From Pedosphaera sp. (GTDB taxonomy: Bacteria; Verrucomicrobiota; Verrucomicrobiia; Limisphaerales; SIBH01), in contig JANOQV010000252.1 in the NCBI GenBank assembly GCA_031414955.1, positions 1-27,872 of the forward strand: a stretch of 27,872 bases of DNA, given 5' to 3'. The translations under genes and the position numbers were made by a program. Under the pieces are notes generated by a model that made no database searches, was not told the DNA's origin, and saw only the letters and a program-made list of their open reading frames with translations. Each line of letters begins with the position of its first letter. The stretch's first letter is position 1. Of this stretch, positions 8,188-17,980 are shown in pieces.

Positions 8188-11100
8188 AAACGATTCCTCC
8201 ACAATGTCCCGAGCCTGAGACGGTGAAGTACTGGAAGAGCATCGACCAGTTGGAGAATTCCGCCGAAGCCAAGGCCTGGCTTGACCGTGAGTTCCCCGCT
8301 GGGGCCAGTGAACTGGGCAGCGACTTCAATCGCCGCGATTTCATGAAGCTCATGTCCGCCTCGATGGCCTTGGCGGGCGTGGGTTTGTTTGGTTCTGGCT
8401 GCCGCAAGCCGGAACAGCGTATTTACCCGTTTTCCAAGCTGCCGGATGACTACATCCACGGTTTGTCGAAGTATTACGCGACGGCCATGCCGACCCGCAG
8501 TGGGGCGGTGCCGCTGTTGGTGAAGTCGAGCGATGGGCGGCCCACCAAGATCGAGGGCAACCCGGATCATCCGGACAGCAATGGCGGCACGGATCTCTAC
8601 GCGCAGGCTTCCATTCTTGGACTCTACGACCCGGATCGGGCGCAGCGTTTCACGAGCAAGGGTCACGACATTTCACGGGAAGCGGCGCTGGATCAGCTCA
8701 CTCAGATCTCCCGTCAGTTCGCGGGCGGCACGGGCAAGGGGCTGGCGTTTCTGCTGGAGCGCAGTTCCTCACCTTCACGTTTGCGTCTGCAACAGGCCAT
8801 CAAGGCCAAGTTGTCTGATGCGGCCTGGTACGCCTACGAAGCGGTTGATTTCGACGTGCATCGCCAGGCGGCCTCGGCGGCGGTCGGCAGTCCGGTCACG
8901 CCCTATTTCCGCTTCGATCAGGCCAAGGCGGTGCTTTCCCTCGACTGCGATTTCATTGGTTCCGAGAGCGACGCGCACATTCATTGCCGCAATTTCGCCC
9001 GGTCCCGCAAGGTGCAGAACGGCACCATGAGCCGCCTCTATGCGGTGGAAGCGTTGATGACCCAGACGGGCATGAACGCCGATCATCGTGCCCGCGTGGC
9101 GAGCAGCCAGGTGGTCGCGGTGGCAGCCGCAATCGCGGTTGCGCTCAAGGTTCCCGGTGTTGAGACCTCCAAGCTCCCGCTCCCCGCCAACATCAGTCAG
9201 AAGTGGGTTGACGAGTGCGCCGCCGACCTCAAGGCCAACGGTGCCGCGTCCCTCGTGGTGGCCGGTCATCGCCAGCCGCTCGCGGTTCACCTGCTGGCCT
9301 ACGCCATCAACAGCGCGCTGGGTTCGATCAACAAGACGGTTGAGTTTCGTCCGGCTCCGGTTTTCGCCCACGGTTCGATCGCCGAGCTCGCGGCTTCGTT
9401 GAACAAGAAGGAAGTCGATACCCTCGTCGTCCTCGGTGGCAACCCGGTGTTCAACGCCCCGTCGGATTTGAACTGGGCCGCGACCCAGCGGCTGGCCAAG
9501 ACCGTCGTTCGCCTTGGTTACTACGAGGATGAATCCAGCGTGGCCACGGACTTGCATCTGCCTGCGGCGCATTTCCTCGAGTCCTGGGGTGATGTTCGCA
9601 CCAGTGACGGCACCACGGTCGTCGTGCAGCCGCTCATTCAGCCGCTTTTTGGTGGCCTCACCGAACTCGAAGTCATGGCCCGCATCGGCGGGTTGGCCGA
9701 GCTCGATGGCTACAAGATCACCCGCGAAACTCTGGGCGGGAATGACGAAGCGTGGAAGCAGACGCTCCACGACGGTTTCGTGGTCGGCAGCGCGGTCAAA
9801 CCCGTTGCGGCGAGCTTCGCGCCCGGCGCGCTCGTTGCCGCGCTGGCTGGCGTCACCGCCGCCGCGCCCTCCAAGGACAGCCTCGAACTTGTTTTCACCG
9901 CCGACAACAAAATCGATGACGGCCGCTGGGCCAACAATGGCTGGCTCGTGGAACTTCCCGACCCCGTGACCAAGCTGGTCTGGGACAACGCCGTGCTGAT
10001 CAGCCGCAAGACGGCCGAAGACCTCGGTGTTCAAAACACCCAATTCATCACCATCGATCTCGGGGGCAAGAAGCTCACCGCCCCGGTCTGGGTTCAGCCC
10101 GGCCAGGCCGACAATGTGCTCGGGTTGCCGCTTGGTTTCGGCCGCGAAAAGGGCGGGCGCATCGCGAACTTCAACGGCGAAAAGGTCGGCTTCAATTTCT
10201 ATCCGCTCCGCACTTCCACCACCATCGGCTTTGCCTTCGGGGCCAAGGTCAGCGTGCCCGGCGGCAAGTACACCTTCGCCAGCACCCAGGAACACTGGTC
10301 GCTGGAAGGCCGTCCGATCATTCGCGAAGCCAATCTCGAGACCTTCAAGAAGGAGCCGGCCTTCGCCAAGGGCTTTGACTTCCCCGAGTCTCCCGGCGGT
10401 GATGCCTCGCTTTACGAGAACCCGCTCGACTGGAAAAAGAAGACCGCCCTGCACCAGTGGGGCATGGCCATCGACCTGAACACCTGCGTCGGTTGCAACG
10501 CTTGTGTCATTGCCTGCGTCAGCGAGAACAACATCCCCGTGGTGGGGAAGGATCAGGTCCGCAAGGGCCGTGAGATGCAGTGGCTGCGCATCGATCGCTA
10601 TTACACAGGGCCGTTAGAAACGGAAAAGCTGCGCACCCACAATGGAGCGGTGCTGCAACCGGACGGCAAGCAATACACGCATTCCGCCATTGATGACCCG
10701 CAGGTGGTCAACCAGCCCATGATGTGCCAGCACTGCGAGGCCGCGCCGTGCGAAAACGTCTGCCCGGTCAACGCCACCGTCCACGACGAGGAGGGGTTGA
10801 ACCTGATGGTTTACAACCGCTGCGTCGGCACGCGCTACTGCTCGAACAACTGCCCGTGGAAGGTGCGCCGGTTCAATTATTTTGATTACAACAAACGCCC
10901 GCTCGACAACCTCTACCGTCCGAACATCGACGGACTGAAGCACACCAAGAAAGAGGACGAGTGGGAGTTGATGAAGCTCGTGCGCAACCCCGAGGTCTCG
11001 GTGCGCATGCGCGGTGTGATGGAGAAATGCACCTTCTGCGTGCAGCGCATCGAAGGCGCGAAGATTGCCCAGAAGGTCAAGGCCGGCCAGTCGGGCGATG

Positions 11101-11438
11101 TGATTGTTCCGGATCGTACCTTCAAGACCGCTTGCGAACAGGCCTGTCCGGCGGAGGCGATTGTCTTCGGAGACATCAACAATCCGAGCAGCAAAGTGTC
11201 GCTGGCCAAGGCGGACAGCCGCAACTACACCACGCTGGAATTCCTGCATACCAAACCGCGTTTGACTTATCTGGCCCGCGTTCGCAATCCGAACGAGAAG
11301 ATGCCGGATGCCTACGATATGCCGCACACTTCCAAAGCCTATTTCGAGAAGGCGGGACACCATGAAGCCCACGCTGCCGCCGGTGGCGCGGGCGTGGGTG
11401 AGCACGTTCCGGCGGGCGTGAAGAAAGGAGCCCACTAA
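8184..11438 (+). CDS. actB: Alternative complex III subunit ActB (molybdopterin-oxidoreductase-like domain fused to an Fe-S domain, extended Tat leader)
   Basis: ATGA overlap with actA. Leader [19 protein letters not shown] is an extended twin-arginine signal with a lipobox-like Cys. [13 protein letters not shown] is present. Fe-S motifs: [47 protein letters not shown]. Confidence 0.95.
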   Translation: MKTIPPQCPEPETVKYWKSIDQLENSAEAKAWLDREFPAGASELGSDFNRRDFMKLMSASMALAGVGLFGSGCRKPEQRIYPFSKLPDDYIHGLSKYYATAMPTRSGAVPLLVKSSDGRPTKIEGNPDHPDSNGGTDLYAQASILGLYDPDRAQRFTSKGHDISREAALDQLTQISRQFAGGTGKGLAFLLERSSSPSRLRLQQAIKAKLSDAAWYAYEAVDFDVHRQAASAAVGSPVTPYFRFDQAKAVLSLDCDFIGSESDAHIHCRNFARSRKVQNGTMSRLYAVEALMTQTGMNADHRARVASSQVVAVAAAIAVALKVPGVETSKLPLPANISQKWVDECAADLKANGAASLVVAGHRQPLAVHLLAYAINSALGSINKTVEFRPAPVFAHGSIAELAASLNKKEVDTLVVLGGNPVFNAPSDLNWAATQRLAKTVVRLGYYEDESSVATDLHLPAAHFLESWGDVRTSDGTTVVVQPLIQPLFGGLTELEVMARIGGLAELDGYKITRETLGGNDEAWKQTLHDGFVVGSAVKPVAASFAPGALVAALAGVTAAAPSKDSLELVFTADNKIDDGRWANNGWLVELPDPVTKLVWDNAVLISRKTAEDLGVQNTQFITIDLGGKKLTAPVWVQPGQADNVLGLPLGFGREKGGRIANFNGEKVGFNFYPLRTSTTIGFAFGAKVSVPGGKYTFASTQEHWSLEGRPIIREANLETFKKEPAFAKGFDFPESPGGDASLYENPLDWKKKTALHQWGMAIDLNTCVGCNACVIACVSENNIPVVGKDQVRKGREMQWLRIDRYYTGPLETEKLRTHNGAVLQPDGKQYTHSAIDDPQVVNQPMMCQHCEAAPCENVCPVNATVHDEEGLNLMVYNRCVGTRYCSNNCPWKVRRFNYFDYNKRPLDNLYRPNIDGLKHTKKEDEWELMKLVRNPEVSVRMRGVMEKCTFCVQRIEGAKIAQKVKAGQSGDVIVPDRTFKTACEQACPAEAIVFGDINNPSSKVSLAKADSRNYTTLEFLHTKPRLTYLARVRNPNEKMPDAYDMPHTSKAYFEKAGHHEAHAAAGGAGVGEHVPAGVKKGAH

Positions 11439-11439
11439 G

Positions 11440-12858
11440 ATGGCTTCCGTCGCCAACAAAGTGGTGCTGGCCGAACCGCCGGCTGAGTTGCAGCGCGTGC
11501 CGCTGGTCGAGAACAACCGGAATATCGGCTGGATCTCCGACGCCATCTCCCGTCTGACCGAGGAGAAAGTTCCGTTCTGGTGGTGGGCCGCCTTCATTCC
11601 GAGCGTCATCTTCATGACCATCCTGTTCGCGATGCTGGGCTACCAGATCACGACCGGTGTCGGCGTGTGGGGCAACCACGCTCCCGAAATGTGGGGCTGG
11701 GACATCATCAACTTCGTCTGGTGGATCGGCATCGGCCACGCCGGGACGTTGATTTCCGCGATTCTCTTCCTGCTCCGCCAGCGCTGGCGCACGGGTGTGA
11801 ACCGCGCCGCCGAGGCCATGACCATTTTCGCCGTGATGTGCGCCGGCATTTTCCCGGCCGTTCACGTCGGACGCATCTGGTACGACTGGTGGCTGTTCCC
11901 GATTCCGAACTCCTACAATCTCTGGCCGCAGTTCAAGTCGCCGCTGATGTGGGACGTGTTCGCCGTCTCGACCTACTTCACTGTGTCAGTGCTGTTCTGG
12001 TACGTCGGCCTGGTGCCTGACCTCGCGGTCATTCGCGACCGCGCCAAGACCAAGCTGCGTAAAATCCTTTATGGCCTGGGCGCGCTCGGCTGGACCGGCT
12101 CCAACCGCCACTGGAGCAACTACGAGAAGTGCTACCTGATTCTGGCCGGTGTCTCGACGCCGCTCGTGCTGTCCGTGCACTCCATCGTGTCCTTGGACTT
12201 CGCCGTGTCGCAGTTGCCCGGTTGGCACACAACCATCTTCCCGCCCTACTTCGTAGCCGGTGCGATCTTCTCCGGCTTCGGCATGGTGCTGACGCTGCTG
12301 GTGCCGTTGCGTAAACTCCTCCACCTCGAAGACCTAATCACGATGCGGCACGTCGATCTGATGTGCAAAGTCACGCTCGCGACCGGTTCCATCGTTGGCT
12401 ACGCCTACTGCATGGAGTTTTTCATCGCGTGGTACAGCGGCAATCCCTACGAGCGCTTCACCTTCCAGAACCGCGCCTTCGGCCCCTTCGGCTGGAGCTA
12501 CTTCATCATGATGGGCTGCAACGTCATCACGCCGCAGTTCTTCTGGTTCAAGTGGTGCCGGCAGAATCTGGTGTTCGTGTTCATCATGTCGATCCTCGTG
12601 AACATCGGCATGTGGTTTGAGCGCTTCGTCATCGTGGTGACTTCGCTGCACCGTGACTTCCTGCCCTCGAGCTGGGGTTATTACGTGCCGACCTGGGTCG
12701 ATGTCATGACCTTCCTCGGCACGTTTGGTCTGTTCTTCACGCTCTTTCTGCTGTTCTTGCGCTTCCTCCCCGTGATTGCGGTGGCCGAAGTGAAGGCGGT
12801 TACGCCCTATGCCGATCCGCACCATCCGTTGGGTGGCGCGAAAGGAGGGCATCACTGA
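11440..12858 (+). CDS. actC: Alternative complex III subunit ActC (NrfD/PsrC family quinol-binding membrane subunit)
   Basis: Polytopic membrane protein with [66 protein letters not shown] and [11 protein letters not shown]. Confidence 0.95.
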   Translation: MASVANKVVLAEPPAELQRVPLVENNRNIGWISDAISRLTEEKVPFWWWAAFIPSVIFMTILFAMLGYQITTGVGVWGNHAPEMWGWDIINFVWWIGIGHAGTLISAILFLLRQRWRTGVNRAAEAMTIFAVMCAGIFPAVHVGRIWYDWWLFPIPNSYNLWPQFKSPLMWDVFAVSTYFTVSVLFWYVGLVPDLAVIRDRAKTKLRKILYGLGALGWTGSNRHWSNYEKCYLILAGVSTPLVLSVHSIVSLDFAVSQLPGWHTTIFPPYFVAGAIFSGFGMVLTLLVPLRKLLHLEDLITMRHVDLMCKVTLATGSIVGYAYCMEFFIAWYSGNPYERFTFQNRAFGPFGWSYFIMMGCNVITPQFFWFKWCRQNLVFVFIMSILVNIGMWFERFVIVVTSLHRDFLPSSWGYYVPTWVDVMTFLGTFGLFFTLFLLFLRFLPVIAVAEVKAVTPYADPHHPLGGAKGGHH

Positions 12859-13394
12859 TGAGTGGCTTGATGAAATACGGAATGCTCGCCGAGTACGATA
12901 CGCCGGCGGATTTGATGCACGCAGCGGAGAAGATCCGCGACGGGGGTTTCCGTCGTTGGGATGTCTTCAGTCCTTTCCCCATCCACGGCATGAATCAGGC
13001 GATGGGTCTCAAGAACTCCAAGGTTGGCTGGTTCGGCTTCTGCGGCGGCGTGACCGGTTACGCCACCGGCATGATCATGATCTGGTGGATGAACGCGGTG
13101 GATTACAAGATTCTCGTTGGTGGCAAGCCGATGTTCAGCCCCTACTACGCCTTTCCGCCGTCCTACGAACTGACGATTCTCTTCACAGCGTTCGGGTCCA
13201 TTCTCGGCATGATGTTCCTGAACCGTTTGCCGCGGCTGCATCATCCGCTTTTGAAACACAAGCGCTTCGCCCGCGCCTCGCACGACGGCTACTTTCTGGT
13301 CGTCGAGACCACGGACCCGAAGTATTCCGAGTCCGAAACCCGCAAGCTGCTCGAGTCCACCGGCAGCAAGCACATCGAGGTCGTGGAGGAATAA
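12858..13394 (+). CDS. actD: Alternative complex III subunit ActD (DUF3341-type)
   Basis: TGATG coupling to actC. AEYDTPADLMHAA..DVFSPFPIHG, VGGKPMFS..YELTILF, two TM helices. Confidence 0.92.
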   Translation: MSGLMKYGMLAEYDTPADLMHAAEKIRDGGFRRWDVFSPFPIHGMNQAMGLKNSKVGWFGFCGGVTGYATGMIMIWWMNAVDYKILVGGKPMFSPYYAFPPSYELTILFTAFGSILGMMFLNRLPRLHHPLLKHKRFARASHDGYFLVVETTDPKYSESETRKLLESTGSKHIEVVEE

Positions 13395-13395
13395 C

Positions 13396-14016
13396 ATGCG
13401 CTACTTCCTGCTCATCTTTGCCCTCGCGGTCGTGACCGTCATGGGTGTGTTTGGCAAGCGCGGGCACACCTTCAAGCAGCCGCCGCTGGAAATTTTCCCG
13501 GACATGGACCGCCAGCCCAAGCTGCGTCCGCAACAGCCCAGTGTCACCTTCGCCAATGGCCGTTCCTCGCAGGAGCCGGTGGCCGGCACGGTGGCGCGCG
13601 GCGATCGTTACGAGAACAACCCGGTCAACACCGGTCGCGAGCCAAGCCCGGCGAACCTGACGAATTTCACGGCCCACATCCCGGTGCCCGTGACCGAGCA
13701 GTTGATGGCCCGCGGCCAGCAGCGCTACAACATCTACTGCGTGCCGTGCCACGGCCCGCAGGGCGACGGCAATGGCATCGTCAAGAAATACGGCTACGCC
13801 ACGGTGCGCAGCATCCATGAGAAGGTTGTGATTCCGCAGCCCGATGGCGAACTCTTCAACACCATCACGCACGGCAAGGGCACGATGTTCGGCTACGGCT
13901 CGCAGATCAGCATCGACGACCGCTGGGCCGTTGTTGCCTACGTGCGCGCGCTGCAACGCAGCCATCTTGGACTCGCGGAAGAAGTTCCTGCGGCACTGAA
14001 AGCGGGGTTGAAATAA
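13396..14016 (+). CDS. actE: Alternative complex III subunit ActE, monoheme cytochrome c
   Basis: FPDMDRQPKLRPQ..PVAGTVARG, RGQQRYNIYCVPCHG, distal Met in GKGTMFGYG, DRWAVVAYVRALQ. Confidence 0.92.
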   Translation: MRYFLLIFALAVVTVMGVFGKRGHTFKQPPLEIFPDMDRQPKLRPQQPSVTFANGRSSQEPVAGTVARGDRYENNPVNTGREPSPANLTNFTAHIPVPVTEQLMARGQQRYNIYCVPCHGPQGDGNGIVKKYGYATVRSIHEKVVIPQPDGELFNTITHGKGTMFGYGSQISIDDRWAVVAYVRALQRSHLGLAEEVPAALKAGLK

Positions 14017-14017
14017 C

Positions 14018-15262
14018 ATGGCCAACATCACCTCATCATCCTCCGCTCCGCTGGACCTCTCGCGCTGGCGCAAGGTGCCGACTTACGCGGTCATCGTCGG
14101 GGTTGTCTGCCTTGGCATCGGTGCCTTTGTGGCGAGCCGTGGTCCGTTGGGTCTGGCCAAGGAGTTCGGTTATTCGTGGCTGCTTGGCTTCATGTTCTAT
14201 CTCAGCCTGGCCATGGGCGCTCTGTTCCTCGTGCTCGCCCATCACCTGTTTGATGCGAGTTGGTCCGTGCCGATTCGCCGCTATTGCGAACATCTCTCTT
14301 GCCTGGTGCTGCCGCTGGCCGTTTGCTTCATCCCGATCGCGCTGCTCGCTCCGCAGATCTATCCGTGGATGGGCGCCCAGTTGCAGGCGAGTCCGGATCA
14401 CGCGCTGCAATCCAAGAGCGCCTTGCTCAACCCGACCTTCTTCTACATCCGCGTGGTGGCCTACTTCCTCATCTGGATCGTGCTCACCCGCAGCCTGCGC
14501 GCCTTCTCCGTGGCGCAGGACAAGGATGGGGCGGCCAAGTGGACGCACAAGATGCGCCTCTACTCTTACGTGGGCATCTTCCTGTTCGCCATCAGCCTCA
14601 CCTTCGCGGTCATCGACTGGGTGAAGTCACTTCAGCATCAATGGTTCTCCACCATGTATGGCGTTTACTTTTTCGCCGGCAGCGTGTGGATGACGATTGC
14701 CACGGTCTATGTCATCGCCGTGGTGCTGCGCCGCACCGGCTCGCTCAAGGATGTGCTTTTCCCGACGCACTTCTATTACATCGGGGCGCTGCTGCTGGCC
14801 TTCACGGTCTTCTACGCCTACGTGACCTTTTCCCAATATTTCATCATCTGGAACGCCAACCTACCGGAGGAGACCTTCTGGTATCGCTTGCGCGAGAAGG
14901 GCACCTGGTGGTGGGTCGGGATGGTTGTGATCTTCGGCCACTTCTTCGTGCCGTTCCTGACCCTGCTGCGCATCGACTTCAAATTGAAGATTGCGGTGAT
15001 GGCCCCGCTGGCCATCTGGGCCTGGCTGATGCACTTCACGGATTTGACCTTTAACATCATGCCCATCCCGCGGCCGGATGGATACTCGCTGCACTGGCTG
15101 GACATCGGCGCGTTCCTCGTCATGGGCGGCGTGCTGACCACTTTGTTCATCCGTTCGCTGGGAACCACGGCGGCCTATCCGCTGCGCGACCCGCGACTGA
15201 AGGAATCGCTCACGTCCCACGAACTGCCGGCGGCGGACGCCGACGCGGGACTGGCTCACTGA
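14018..15262 (+). CDS. actF: Alternative complex III subunit ActF (ActC-paralogous membrane subunit)
   Basis: About 10 TM helices. DWVKSLQHQWFSTMYG, YVTFSQYFIIWNANLPEETFWY..R, position directly after actE. Confidence 0.92.
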   Translation: MANITSSSSAPLDLSRWRKVPTYAVIVGVVCLGIGAFVASRGPLGLAKEFGYSWLLGFMFYLSLAMGALFLVLAHHLFDASWSVPIRRYCEHLSCLVLPLAVCFIPIALLAPQIYPWMGAQLQASPDHALQSKSALLNPTFFYIRVVAYFLIWIVLTRSLRAFSVAQDKDGAAKWTHKMRLYSYVGIFLFAISLTFAVIDWVKSLQHQWFSTMYGVYFFAGSVWMTIATVYVIAVVLRRTGSLKDVLFPTHFYYIGALLLAFTVFYAYVTFSQYFIIWNANLPEETFWYRLREKGTWWWVGMVVIFGHFFVPFLTLLRIDFKLKIAVMAPLAIWAWLMHFTDLTFNIMPIPRPDGYSLHWLDIGAFLVMGGVLTTLFIRSLGTTAAYPLRDPRLKESLTSHELPAADADAGLAH

Positions 15263-15269
15263 GGTGCGT

Positions 15270-15638
15270 ATGGAAAACGTGAACAACAAAAGCGGCGGCA
15301 AGACAGTCGTCTATGTGATCGTCGCCGTCGCCACCTTCCTGCTCATGGCGTTCCTCGTGAACAAGATGCTCCAGGTCGCGCGACCCGCGCCGGTGGGTGC
15401 GGAACGCGCCATCGCCCGGGCCAAGGACAACGCGGACATTCGCGGGGCCGGGGTCGAGGCTTTGAAGTCCTGGGGTTTCGTGGCTGAGCCGCCCACGGCC
15501 CGGTCTCAAGGTTTCGTGCGCACGCCCATCGACGAGGCGATGCAGGCCACGATCAAGGGATACCAGAACCCGGCGGCCTTTCGGACGGATTTGGCGGCTC
15601 GCGCCGTCAAGGCCTACACCACGCCCAGCTTCGAATAA
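15270..15638 (+). CDS. actG: ActG-like small membrane-anchored subunit
   Basis: GAGG at 15261-15264 before ATG 15270. One N-terminal TM helix. LKSWGFV...GFVRTPIDEAM resembles the ActG YGWVD...VRIPIDRAM motif. Confidence 0.7.
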   Translation: MENVNNKSGGKTVVYVIVAVATFLLMAFLVNKMLQVARPAPVGAERAIARAKDNADIRGAGVEALKSWGFVAEPPTARSQGFVRTPIDEAMQATIKGYQNPAAFRTDLAARAVKAYTTPSFE

Positions 15639-15644
15639 GCGTCA

Positions 15645-17078
15645 ATGAACGGTTCGCCCACTTCAACCGCTTCAACAGCCCGCGAGGAACAGTCCTCGCG
15701 CATCGATTTATCATGCCAGGTGCTGATGATTCCCATCGTCTTCTCGCTGCTGTGGCTGTTGACCAGTTCGCTGCTCGCGCTCCTCACCTCGGTGAAACTG
15801 CATTCGCCCTCCGTGCTGGCAAACTGCACCTGGCTCACCTACGGCCACACCCGTCCGGCGGCGAATGACGCCTTCGTCTATGGCTTCGCCTCGCAGGCGG
15901 GACTGGCCATCGCGCTCTGGATTCTCTGCCGCCTCGGCCGCAACACGCTGGTCGGTGCCGGGGCCATCGCCATCGGCACCGTGTTCTGGAATCTCGGCGT
16001 GGCCCTCGGCCTGGTCGGGATTTTCAGCGGCCACACCACCGGCTTTGACTGGTTGGAATTCCCCATCGCCGGGTCCGCCATCATGCTCGCCGCTTACGCC
16101 GTGATTGGCGTGTGCGGATTGCTCACTTTTAAGGCCCGCCAGAATCCGGAGCTGTATCCATCGCAATGGTACATTCTCGCGGCGCTCTTCTGGTTTCCCT
16201 GGCTCTACACCACCGCCCGGCTGCTCCTCGTGCTCGCGCCGGTGCGTGGGGTGATGCAACTCGCGGTCAACGGCTGGTTCACCGGCGGCCTGTTCAATCT
16301 CTGGCTCGGCTCGCTGGCGCTCGCCGTGCTGCTTTACTTCATTCCCAAGCTTTCTGGTGCGCCGCTCTACAGCCGCGCTCTCGCCACGCTGGCTTTCTGG
16401 ACGCTCGCCATCTTCGGTAGCTGGGCCTGCTTCTATCGTGGGCTGCCGCTGCCGTCGTGGATGATCAGCGTCGGCGTCTCCGCCACGCTCGTCCTGCTCG
16501 TGCCGATGCTGGCGACCGTGTCGAACCTTTGGTTCACCCTGGGCGATGCTCAGGACGCCAAGGCACCGCTGCTCGGATTCTTCAAGACCTCGCTCATCTT
16601 CTTCGCGCTGACCGTGGTGCTCGGCGTTTTCGCGGCCATGATTCCGCAACTGCGTCTGACGCTCTTTGGGGAAGGCGTGGAGCAACTCGCGCTCTATGGT
16701 TTCGTCGGGCTGGCCCTGTTCGGCGCGATTCATTATGTCGCGCCGCGACTCACGGGTGTTAAATCCCATTGTTGCCTGCACTGGAATTACCGGCTCACCC
16801 TCGTCGGTCTCGTCATCTACTGCGGCGCGTTCTTCCTCGGCGGCATCCGGCAGCAGCATCAGCTTATCGACGGCTCGGTGCCCTTCGCGCAGGTGATGGA
16901 TGCGACCAAGATGCCGATCCGCCTCAGCACGCTGGGACTGCTGCTAATCGTCATGGGCAACGGGGCCACCCTCTTCCGCGTGCTGTCCCTGGTGCGGGCC
17001 TGCTGGCGCAACTGTTGTCAGTCCTGCTGCGGTTCTGAAGCGTCCGTGAAACTTAAACCGGCGGGGGTCGCGCGATGA
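15645..17078 (+). CDS. cbb3-type oxidase subunit I (CcoN)-like membrane protein lacking heme/Cu His ligands
   Basis: The CcoN scaffold is recognisable (WLTYGHTRP, FWNLGV, WLEFP, LYPSQWYI, YFIPKLSGAPLYS, LPSWM, ALYGFVG, YVAPRLTG), but the His ligand positions are substituted. Confidence 0.85.
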   Translation: MNGSPTSTASTAREEQSSRIDLSCQVLMIPIVFSLLWLLTSSLLALLTSVKLHSPSVLANCTWLTYGHTRPAANDAFVYGFASQAGLAIALWILCRLGRNTLVGAGAIAIGTVFWNLGVALGLVGIFSGHTTGFDWLEFPIAGSAIMLAAYAVIGVCGLLTFKARQNPELYPSQWYILAALFWFPWLYTTARLLLVLAPVRGVMQLAVNGWFTGGLFNLWLGSLALAVLLYFIPKLSGAPLYSRALATLAFWTLAIFGSWACFYRGLPLPSWMISVGVSATLVLLVPMLATVSNLWFTLGDAQDAKAPLLGFFKTSLIFFALTVVLGVFAAMIPQLRLTLFGEGVEQLALYGFVGLALFGAIHYVAPRLTGVKSHCCLHWNYRLTLVGLVIYCGAFFLGGIRQQHQLIDGSVPFAQVMDATKMPIRLSTLGLLLIVMGNGATLFRVLSLVRACWRNCCQSCCGSEASVKLKPAGVAR

Positions 17079-17980
17079 ACCACGGCCCGCTCATTTTTCT
17101 TGGGGTGCTGGCGAGCTTCGTGGCTTCGTGGTGGGGGCTCATCTTCGCGCCGCAGTTGCAGATCGGTTCCCAGCCGGTTTCCCAGACTGACGTCGGGCCC
17201 TATCCGGTGCGGGCCGTCGGTCTGGCGGAGCAGGGGCGCGAGGTTTATGTCGCCCAGGGTTGCGTGCAATGCCACAGCCAGCAGGTCCGGCAGGACGGCT
17301 ACACTTTCGATCTCGTCCTCACCGCCGCCGGAACCAACAGCCAGAAGGTTCTGGCCATCCTGGCCCAAGTCGCTCCGCAAATCACCGCCGCCGGGTTGGG
17401 CAAGGTCTCCGACACTGCCCCCGAGGTCCTGCTCAAGCGCGTTCCGCAGAACGCGGCCGAGGACGCGCGCTTGCAACTCAAGAAAGCGGGCGCAACCGCC
17501 CAGACCGTTTTCATCCCGCTTGGCCCCGACATGAGTCGCCAATGGGGCGCGCGCCGCAGCGTGGCGGCGGATTACCTCTATCAACAGCCCGTGCAGATCG
17601 GGAATTCGCGGCTCGGTCCTGAGCTTTCCAATCTCGGCACGCGGATGCCGGACGCGAACTGGCACCTGCTCCACCTGTATCACCCGCGCACCGTTGTGAA
17701 TGGTTCGATCATGCCGGCGTATCCGTTCCTGTTTGAGACGCGCCCGGTGGGCAAACAAGCTTCGCCGCTGGCCTTGAAGCTGCCGGAGAAATTCGCCCCG
17801 AAGCCCGGCAAGGATGGCGTGCCCGTGGAAGTGGTGCCCAAGCCGGAGGCACTGCAACTGGTCGCCTACTTGCAGAGCCTGCGCCTCGACGCCCCGCTCT
17901 TTGAAGCGCCGGCCACCGTGACCGTGCCGGTGGCGCCACCCACGAATGCCCCGGCTGCTGCCAGCACGCTCAAACCATGA
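17075..17980 (+). CDS. cbb3-type oxidase subunit II (CcoO)-like monoheme cytochrome c with a ~70-aa insertion
   Basis: ATGA overlap with the upstream gene. N-terminal TM helix, GREVYVAQGCVQCHSQQVR, GNSRLGPELS, WHLLHLYHPR..GSIMPAYPFLF with the distal Met. Confidence 0.9.
   Translation: MNHGPLIFLGVLASFVASWWGLIFAPQLQIGSQPVSQTDVGPYPVRAVGLAEQGREVYVAQGCVQCHSQQVRQDGYTFDLVLTAAGTNSQKVLAILAQVAPQITAAGLGKVSDTAPEVLLKRVPQNAAEDARLQLKKAGATAQTVFIPLGPDMSRQWGARRSVAADYLYQQPVQIGNSRLGPELSNLGTRMPDANWHLLHLYHPRTVVNGSIMPAYPFLFETRPVGKQASPLALKLPEKFAPKPGKDGVPVEVVPKPEALQLVAYLQSLRLDAPLFEAPATVTVPVAPPTNAPAAASTLKP

Noticed and set aside
8184..11438. ActB as an active molybdoenzyme (e.g. polysulfide or nitrate reductase)
   Set aside because: The context and fused Fe-S domain identify it as ActB, whose molybdopterin-like domain is cofactor-less in characterised ACIII. 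No N-terminal Fe-S Cys motif is present.
11359..12858. His-containing C-terminal tails of ActB and ActC as metal-binding sites
   Set aside because: The terminal KKGAH and KGGHH largely encode the AAGGAG Shine-Dalgarno of the next gene. Low-complexity His tails give no specific evidence.
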